Positions 57,887-64,000 of a stretch of 64,000 nt of DNA are shown here, piece by piece. The position numbers and the translations under genes were made by a program. The notes under the pieces were generated by a model. It saw only the letters and a program-made list of their open reading frames with translations. It had not been told where the DNA came from and did no database searches. The stretch lies in NCBI GenBank assembly GCA_965249945.1, contig OZ252258.1, positions 2,563,375 through 2,627,374 of the forward strand, written 5' to 3'. How positions within the stretch are numbered: the first letter of the stretch is position 1; each line of letters starts with the position of its first letter. This DNA comes from Erythrobacter sp. Lineage in GTDB: Bacteria; Pseudomonadota; Alphaproteobacteria; Sphingomonadales; Sphingomonadaceae.

Positions 57887-58723
57887 TTAGTGGGGCAATG
57901 AATCACGGTCTTGCACGGATGAAACCTCCCCCGTCCTAAGCAGCTGACGCCATTGCGACAGGCTCATACCGGTCTCGCGTCGAAACACCCGCGAAGCGTG
58001 GCTTTGATCGCAGAAGCCGCCTTCGATCGCGCATTCGGCGAGCGACAATTCCTCGTCGGCCAGGATAAAAGCCAATCGTGACGCCATTTGGCTGCGGCGA
58101 AATTGCGACGGAGCCAGGCCGAAATATCGACGGAACTCCCGCGCGAGATAGACCCGGTGAACATCCTCGCGCCGAGCCAGTGCAGCGATCGGGCTGGAGA
58201 CAGGATCATCGCACAATGCCTCGCGCACCCGCACCAGCCATTGTGGTGCGATCGCTTCGCTCGCCTTGGAGGTCGGCTCAGTTTCACCGCACAGAGCGAC
58301 CAGATCGGGCAGCGAATCCTCCAGCAGCGGCGCATTGGCACCGGCCAGATTGGCCGTCATCTGGACGATCTCCCGCGGTGCTCTGGCCTTGCTCCAGCCC
58401 GGCGTGACCCCGCCAAACAGTGCTTGGGCGGCCCTACCCCTTAAGCTGATCGTAAACAGCAGCGCCCCGGCCCCGCCCCATTCATCGGCATGCAGCGCGC
58501 CGGCGGGTTTGAATCCTATCATCACGCCCTGCGCCCAATACTCCTTGCGTTCCAGTTTCTCCTTGAGCGTGCCTGCCAGCTGGATCGTCAATTGATCGCA
58601 ATCGTGCCGATGCGGCGAATGCCTTTCAGAGCCGGGATAGGCGACCATGGAAACGCTCGAATCCGTACACAGCCGGGACCGCCAGGTCTGCTTAAGAGGG
58701 AGGCTGGGGACGGGCTCATTCAT
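57887..58723 (-). CDS. AraC family transcriptional regulator
   Basis: 278 aa. C-terminal double HTH (LAREFRRYFGLAPSQFRR...GFCDQSHASRVFRRETGMS). Confidence 0.85.
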   Translation of the reverse strand: MNEPVPSLPLKQTWRSRLCTDSSVSMVAYPGSERHSPHRHDCDQLTIQLAGTLKEKLERKEYWAQGVMIGFKPAGALHADEWGGAGALLFTISLRGRAAQALFGGVTPGWSKARAPREIVQMTANLAGANAPLLEDSLPDLVALCGETEPTSKASEAIAPQWLVRVREALCDDPVSSPIAALARREDVHRVYLAREFRRYFGLAPSQFRRSQMASRLAFILADEELSLAECAIEGGFCDQSHASRVFRRETGMSLSQWRQLLRTGEVSSVQDRDSLPH

Positions 58724-58768
58724 CAGGGTGTTATAGCACCTTAATACACCAAGGAAAGAGCAAGCAAT

Positions 58769-59215
58769 CTAGGCCGAGCCGACCATTCCGCTGAGCATCA
58801 CAACCGCGAGCACTGCATTGGCGACCATCAGCACAAAATCGATAACGAAGATCCGCAGCATCACGCCTTTGAAAACGTCCCAAATCCCTTCGCCACGGCG
58901 ATTGCGGAGCGCCATTGGGACATTGCCGACGAATTGCGATCCATGCACGATGCTGTTGAACAGCAGCAGCACCGCCCATTGCGTGTTGTTCCCGAACCCG
59001 CCGAGGTTGAACAGCAGGGCAATGTTAAGCGCGGCCAGGGCGAAATTGAAGCCACCCATGAAGCGCCCGGTCTCGACCACCGCCTGATAGGCCGAATTGT
59101 CACGATCCTGTTTGATCGGAACCACGACCTTGGCGAAGACCTCGCGGCGGACATAGAAGGCGTGGAAGCCCATAGCGAACCACAGCGCGTTCAGAAACAG
59201 AATCACCTCAAGCAT
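58769..59215 (-). CDS. hypothetical membrane protein (4 TM)
   Basis: 148 aa from MLEVILFLNALWF, with GGAGAGGA SD upstream. Confidence 0.55.
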   Translation of the reverse strand: MLEVILFLNALWFAMGFHAFYVRREVFAKVVVPIKQDRDNSAYQAVVETGRFMGGFNFALAALNIALLFNLGGFGNNTQWAVLLLFNSIVHGSQFVGNVPMALRNRRGEGIWDVFKGVMLRIFVIDFVLMVANAVLAVVMLSGMVGSA

Positions 59216-59250
59216 TTGAATTCCTCTCCTATGACCATCCAGACCGGTCC

Positions 59251-61215
59251 TCAATCAGGAGGGTTGTGCTCGAGCACGAAGGCGACAGAACCACGCAACA
59301 TGGCGAGACGTGTTTCAGCGAGGGATAGCCAGTGATCTTCGCCATCAAGCGGCATCAACTGGACCACTTTGCCCGCGTCGTCCAGAGCATCTGCCATCTT
59401 GCTGCTGTGATCAAAGTCCACAACCGTGTCATCCCGGCCATGGATCAGGAGGATCGGTGCATCAGCCTTCTTGGCATTGTGACGCGGCGAAAGCGCGCGA
59501 TACTGGCTGGGTGGCCCAAACAGTTCTTTCAGAGCGCGCGATTCCAGGGGACTTGTCCCGCCCCGACGTCGCTCGTTGATCCAGAGCAGATTGATGTCGC
59601 TCACCCCGTTCACCGAAACAGCGCAGCGATAGAGTCCTTGCTGGAGTGTAACTCCAGCGAGCGCGGCGTAACCGCCATAGCTCGCACCGACAATACAGGC
59701 CCGTGCTGGATCGACAATGCCCGCCTCGGTCAAGGCTGCCAATCCATCGGATATATCGGTCTGCATCTTGCCGCCCCATTCTCCATTGCCCGCGAGCATG
59801 AAGGTCTGATCGCGATTGGTTGAGCCTCGGAAGTTGGGTTGAAAGACCGCATATCCGCGAGAGGCAAACGCCTGTGCCCACCAATCGAACTCGGCAATGT
59901 TGTGGCTGCGCGGGCCGCCGTGCGGCAAAAGGATGACTGGCAAGTTCTTGGCTTCTCGGCCGGGAGGCAAGGTCAAGATCCCGTCCATCTCCAGCCCGTC
60001 GGCCGCAGTGAACGGAAACACCGAGATCGGACCGACCTGATCAGCTCGGATGCTGTCCCGCTCATAGGCGACCGCAGAAGCCCTGGTGGCGCGCATGTCG
60101 ACTTTGAAGTGAGATCCGCTGTCGCCGTTGCCGCTTATCCTGACAAGAACATGATCGAAACTTGGGCTCCAATCTGTGATTGTGTTGGCATAGGCACCAA
60201 ACGCCCGTTGAACATTGCGCACCCTTGAGGCCATCTTGGGATCAAAGAAGACCATCGGGTCGGCTCCGGAATCTCGACGATATCCGATCAGCCGTCCATT
60301 CTGCGGATCGGTGAAGATACGCTCAATACCTTCATTGGAATAGACTTCTACCGGGCTGGTGCTGCCATCGATCGGCACTTCGAACCATGCATAAAGATCC
60401 TCCCCTTTTTCCCGGGCAGCGTAGATGATCGTGGTGCCATCGCGCCCGATCGCTACCAGATTGACAGACCCGGTTGCGGTCTGCCCGCGTGCAATCACGT
60501 TACGCGGCCCCCGGATCGTCCACGTTCCATTGAGTTCTGAGACTTCCAACTGGGCGACGGTCTCTCCCGACGCGCCTATCAACCAATCACGCCATTTGTC
60601 GCTCGGTGCCGAGTTCGCAATCCGACGCGACGAATTGCTAGCCAGATCGACCGAGTAAAGCGCTGGTCTGCCGTGGTTCCAGATATAGCGGTTGCCTTGG
60701 CTTGAGCCGCCGCGCTGGAGCTCGATTGCCCCGTAAAAACCCATCGGCTTGCCGTCGACAATGCGCGTGCCATAATTGCCAAAGATGGCGTTCATCACTC
60801 CCCTGCGATCTTCAAACACCAATTCCGATGTTTGCTGGTCGATCGATATGACGAAAGCTTGGAACATCTCGAGCCTATCCTGAGTGAACTGGTAACCCAG
60901 GTCCTCGGTCGAGCTCCGTTCCATCACCAGCAAGTCGTCTGTCACGAAGTCAAATCTGCGGACCTTGGTATCCTCCAGCCCGATCGAAAAGATCGGCTCG
61001 AGCGCTTCGTTCATGACAACGATGGCGCGGGCGTTCGAGGACGTCATCAACATGGCCAAGCGCTTGCCACTTGGGGAAAGGGCAATGTCTTCGACCTCAG
61101 GCAATGCGCCATAGGCCTCAAGCGGCGGAGGCGTGGGCTGTGCAGCCAGGGGTGCACAAGAAAGACCAAAAATTCCGCCAAACAAGACAATACAGCGCAG
61201 AACAGCTGCCGCCAT
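59251..61215 (-). CDS. S9 family (prolyl oligopeptidase/dipeptidyl aminopeptidase-like) serine peptidase
   Basis: 654 aa. Signal peptide, beta-propeller-like N half, nucleophile GASYGGYAA, and a later D and H (IHGRDDTVV, GEDHWL). Confidence 0.85.
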   Translation of the reverse strand: MAAAVLRCIVLFGGIFGLSCAPLAAQPTPPPLEAYGALPEVEDIALSPSGKRLAMLMTSSNARAIVVMNEALEPIFSIGLEDTKVRRFDFVTDDLLVMERSSTEDLGYQFTQDRLEMFQAFVISIDQQTSELVFEDRRGVMNAIFGNYGTRIVDGKPMGFYGAIELQRGGSSQGNRYIWNHGRPALYSVDLASNSSRRIANSAPSDKWRDWLIGASGETVAQLEVSELNGTWTIRGPRNVIARGQTATGSVNLVAIGRDGTTIIYAAREKGEDLYAWFEVPIDGSTSPVEVYSNEGIERIFTDPQNGRLIGYRRDSGADPMVFFDPKMASRVRNVQRAFGAYANTITDWSPSFDHVLVRISGNGDSGSHFKVDMRATRASAVAYERDSIRADQVGPISVFPFTAADGLEMDGILTLPPGREAKNLPVILLPHGGPRSHNIAEFDWWAQAFASRGYAVFQPNFRGSTNRDQTFMLAGNGEWGGKMQTDISDGLAALTEAGIVDPARACIVGASYGGYAALAGVTLQQGLYRCAVSVNGVSDINLLWINERRRGGTSPLESRALKELFGPPSQYRALSPRHNAKKADAPILLIHGRDDTVVDFDHSSKMADALDDAGKVVQLMPLDGEDHWLSLAETRLAMLRGSVAFVLEHNPPD

Positions 61216-61467
61216 TTCTTCCCTCCCCAGAGCAAATCGAATAGTTTAGCCCCGACGCACTTTAGTGCTGTATTCTTGGAAGAAAACTCAAATATCAGAG
61301 CTTCGCACAATTCCTTGATTGGCTTCATTCAAGCGTTGCTTCGCCGAAATATGATGCGTTGGCAAACTGCAGTGACTCCAGTCAGCCTTCCCCTGCCCTC
61401 AACAAGTCTCTGGCCAAGTCAAACCGCTGCGCTAGTGTGCTAAGCTCTGGAGAGGGGGACACAGCAA

Positions 61468-62664
61468 GTGGGCATTGTCAGACTTATCGGCGGGTTCGTG
61501 CTTGTGCTGATCGCCGCCCTGTTTCTGGGTTGGGCCACCTCTCCCGATCCCAAGTTCAATCCCGCAAGCTTCGAAGATGAAGCGCTGAAAATGGACATCG
61601 TTGGGCTCGATCGGGCGGTCACGCTGGCGCAATTTGAAGGCGACGACGGGCTGATCGTGACCATGGTCGTGCTCGACTATCGCGATGGCAAGGTCACCGG
61701 CGTCGACCTGGCCGAACTTGGGGGAGCGAACAGCCCCGATCCGTTCGATGCCTTGGCGCCGGCCGATCTTGATCGGCTCGACGACTCAGCCGGAGATGAT
61801 TGGCTCATTACGATCCCAGCGTCCGAGCTCTTGCCGAGCGCCCCTGCCGGATCGCGCCATATTGGCACCGGCACCAATTTCCCCGAGCATGCCGAGGAAG
61901 CCAATTCCTCCTCGGTCTTCCAATTTCCCAAGTTCGGAACCGCCACGCCCGCGCGGACCAGTATTGCGGCGCGGAGCGGGATCCTGCTCGATTACGAGGT
62001 CGAATTGTGCATGCGGTTTGACCGCGCGATCGCCTCGCTCGAGGATTTTGATGCTGCGGTGAAGGGCCTGTTCCTGTGCGGCGATTTCACCAATCGCAAT
62101 GCCTTGGTCGAGATGGCAGACCCGGACAATCTCGATTCCGGCTATGGTTTCAGCGACGCCAAGAGCGGACCGGGCCATTTTCCCTCGGGCCCGTTTCTGG
62201 TTATCCCGAGCGATTGGGAGAGCTTCACCGATGAGCTGCGGATGACAACCGAGGTCAATGGTGAACCGCGCCAGGACGCCCGCGGTAGCGAAATGACCTT
62301 CAACTTTCGGGAGCTTACGCAAAAGGCGCTGGACGACATGATCGAGCCGCGCTTCTTCTACGAAGGTGACTTCTTCCGGCTTGCCGAGAATCCGCTGATC
62401 GACGGCTCGATGACGCTGATGTCGGGCACATCCGAAGGTGTGATCTTCACCGAGCCATCGCGTGGGGACTATGTCGAGATCCTGGTCAAATATTTGCTAG
62501 CGGGTGGCCCGCTAAGCGACGGTGGATTGATGGGCGTTGCCCGACCAATCATCATCGCCAACGAATTGGAAGGCGGACACTTCCTCCAACCGGGAGATAG
62601 CGTCCGCCATGGTTCCAACTACCTCGGCGATATTGAGGTGCAGGTGGTGGCTGAGCCCCGCTGA
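61468..62664 (+). CDS. fumarylacetoacetate hydrolase (FAH) family protein with N-terminal TM anchor
   Basis: 398 aa, GTG start after GGAGAGGGGGA. TM LIGGFVLVLIAALFLGW and a C-terminal FAH fold (DYEVELCMRF....). Confidence 0.75.
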   Translation: MGIVRLIGGFVLVLIAALFLGWATSPDPKFNPASFEDEALKMDIVGLDRAVTLAQFEGDDGLIVTMVVLDYRDGKVTGVDLAELGGANSPDPFDALAPADLDRLDDSAGDDWLITIPASELLPSAPAGSRHIGTGTNFPEHAEEANSSSVFQFPKFGTATPARTSIAARSGILLDYEVELCMRFDRAIASLEDFDAAVKGLFLCGDFTNRNALVEMADPDNLDSGYGFSDAKSGPGHFPSGPFLVIPSDWESFTDELRMTTEVNGEPRQDARGSEMTFNFRELTQKALDDMIEPRFFYEGDFFRLAENPLIDGSMTLMSGTSEGVIFTEPSRGDYVEILVKYLLAGGPLSDGGLMGVARPIIIANELEGGHFLQPGDSVRHGSNYLGDIEVQVVAEPR

Positions 62665-62686
62665 GGGCCCCTGCCCCAAAAGAAAA

Positions 62687-62706
62687 GGGCGGCCCAAAGG
62701 CCGCCC
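62687..62706. terminator. bidirectional terminator hairpin
   Basis: GGGCGGCC-CAAA-GGCCGCCC between convergent genes. It is flanked by AAAAGAAAA on the left, which gives a U tract for the minus-strand transcript. Confidence 0.6.
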
Positions 62707-62732
62707 TCGCCCAATCAAAATTTCCGCCGAAT

Positions 62733-63161
62733 TCAGCCTTCGCCTTCCTCAGCCATGGCTTCTTCTTCAGCCTCGGCTGCGGCAGGCGTAACAGTGACGG
62801 TCTCGCCAGCGTCAGACGTGGCAGTGAATGATCCGTCTTCGCCCGGCTCTCCTTCGGCCCAGCAGACCGCTTCAGCGCCTTCGGTGTTCGCGGTGAAGCA
62901 AGTTTTCTCGAGGACGACCGCCCAGGTTCCCTCGGTCACAACATTTCCGTCCACGTCGAGGTCTTGATAGGTGCCATCGGCATTCAGGTTTGAATTGCCT
63001 TGTGGGCCATCTTCGCCGGTGACCGAATATGTACCGGCCGGGCTGCCATTGGCTGTCGTCACCGCCGCGGTTTCCACCTCTGCCGGCGCTGCCTCCTCGG
63101 CGGCCTCCTGCGCGCAGCCAACCAGCACCAACGGCGCGGCAAACATCATCAGTTTCTTCAT
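62733..63161 (-). CDS. hypothetical lipoprotein with acidic tail
   Basis: 142 aa from MKKLMMFAAPLVLVGC (lipobox), with AGAGGA SD upstream. The upstream ORF extension is unlikely. Confidence 0.6.
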   Translation of the reverse strand: MKKLMMFAAPLVLVGCAQEAAEEAAPAEVETAAVTTANGSPAGTYSVTGEDGPQGNSNLNADGTYQDLDVDGNVVTEGTWAVVLEKTCFTANTEGAEAVCWAEGEPGEDGSFTATSDAGETVTVTPAAAEAEEEAMAEEGEG

Positions 63162-63253
63162 AGGTCCTCTCCCCCCTATTTCCCGACCCGGGGGGATGAC
63201 TAGCACGGTCGCCACAGCCGTTGGAGTCAATTCTTGGAGAGCCAAAGGCGAGT

Positions 63254-64000
63254 CTATCCTTGGTAGAGCGTAAGCCAATGAAACTCGAAGCGGGTCAGTC
63301 CACTAGAGAAGTACTTGGCATTCTCGCGATATTCTTCGGATTGCTGAACCCTGGCGAAACCGTCGCGATCGCTCCATTCCACGAACGTCACCTGCCCAGG
63401 TGCCGTGGGGTCGGAAGCATGGACCTCATAAGAAGGTGAGTGCATCTTGTAGATGAATCGGCCTCCCTCGCGAGCGACCGCCGCTTCAATGCCGCCAAGA
63501 TAGCGCTCATAATCACCCGGATTGTCGGGATCGAACCACGCCACCACAACTGAATAATCCTTCGCGGGATCGAACGAGAGGGTCAGATCCTCCTTTCGGA
63601 CGTCATCATAGATCTTGAGCTCATTCCAGCCATCCGGCCGAGTGGCTTTGAGCTCTGGCCAGTTAGGGTCACCGGCGAATTGCCGCGCTGCGTCTTCGCT
63701 GGGCCACGCAAAGAAGATAAAGGCGCCAGGATCGTACTCGCTGATAACGCTCTGCCGCACATTGAGCTGAGCCATCCGCCGATAGCCCAAAGCCTCCGCC
63801 TTGGGGATCACCTGCTCGTAATAGGCTTGCCGAGCGGTTTGACCGTCTTCGCGTCCCTCGGGAGCGATAAGCTGCAGAACTTCACCAGCCTTGACCTCTA
63901 CCAACACCTTTTCGGCGTCGGTCACGGAAATCGCCGCACCTCCGTTCTGGGCGGTTGCAACGTTCGAACAACCAGCCAAGCCGATGCTGCAAACCACCAG
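63254..64000 (-). CDS. lipoprotein with tandem DUF1330-like domains (5' end outside window)
   Basis: The frame is open to the window edge. Lipobox LAGC lies near the edge, with two dimeric-alpha/beta-barrel-like halves (IFFAWPSEDAARQF; VTFVEWSDRDGFARV). Confidence 0.5.
   Translation of the reverse strand: MVVCSIGLAGCSNVATAQNGGAAISVTDAEKVLVEVKAGEVLQLIAPEGREDGQTARQAYYEQVIPKAEALGYRRMAQLNVRQSVISEYDPGAFIFFAWPSEDAARQFAGDPNWPELKATRPDGWNELKIYDDVRKEDLTLSFDPAKDYSVVVAWFDPDNPGDYERYLGGIEAAVAREGGRFIYKMHSPSYEVHASDPTAPGQVTFVEWSDRDGFARVQQSEEYRENAKYFSSGLTRFEFHWLTLYQG

Noticed and set aside
1-64000. Search by eye for tRNA/rRNA genes, CRISPR repeats, IS elements, integrases, toxin-antitoxin pairs or known defence-system genes
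   Set aside because: No T-loop-like GGTTCGAATCC or acceptor structures appear in the short intergenic regions. I saw no regularly spaced direct repeats, no transposase or recombinase-like ORFs, and no terminal inverted repeats. Nothing supports such a call.

Overview
This 64 kb window looks like ordinary chromosomal core from a roughly 60% GC alphaproteobacterium. Protein sequences and gene order suggest Sphingomonadales or Erythrobacteraceae, but that is inference only. It is densely packed with housekeeping genes, many translationally coupled by ATGA, TGATG or GTGA overlaps. I recognise: pyrC; rplU-rpmA; an FnrL-type regulator; a coupled thrC-methyltransferase-folB-x-moaA-moaD-moaE chain; and a complete aa3 cytochrome c oxidase cluster (ctaC-ctaD-ctaB-small ORF-ctaG-ctaE-DUF983-SURF1). 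Further along are pyrE-pdxJ-acpS-lepB, ruvX, a class A PBP, cobS, bolA-NUDIX-pirin, hisG-hisD-nusB-thiL, the membrane pyrophosphatase hppA, tesB, Fe-SOD, an AbgT transporter and assorted hydrolases and regulators. I found no rRNA, tRNA, CRISPR array, transposase, integrase or recognisable defence system, and no convincing large novel multi-gene system. The observations most worth follow-up are these:
- An unannotated 29-codon ORF with 9 cysteines and a perfect Shine-Dalgarno in an AT-rich spacer (36190-36279).
- A flavin amine oxidase whose canonical C-terminal FAD module sits in front of its GxGxxG N-terminus. This is an apparent circular permutation behind a twin-arginine leader, coupled to abgT.
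- Two intergenic FNR boxes, each centred exactly 59.5 nt upstream of a start codon, alongside the FnrL gene.
- An orphan P-loop-degenerate AAA-like protein.
- An overlapping CelD-like GNAT and JmjC-cupin gene pair.
All functional calls rest on motif and family recognition by eye. No searches were run.
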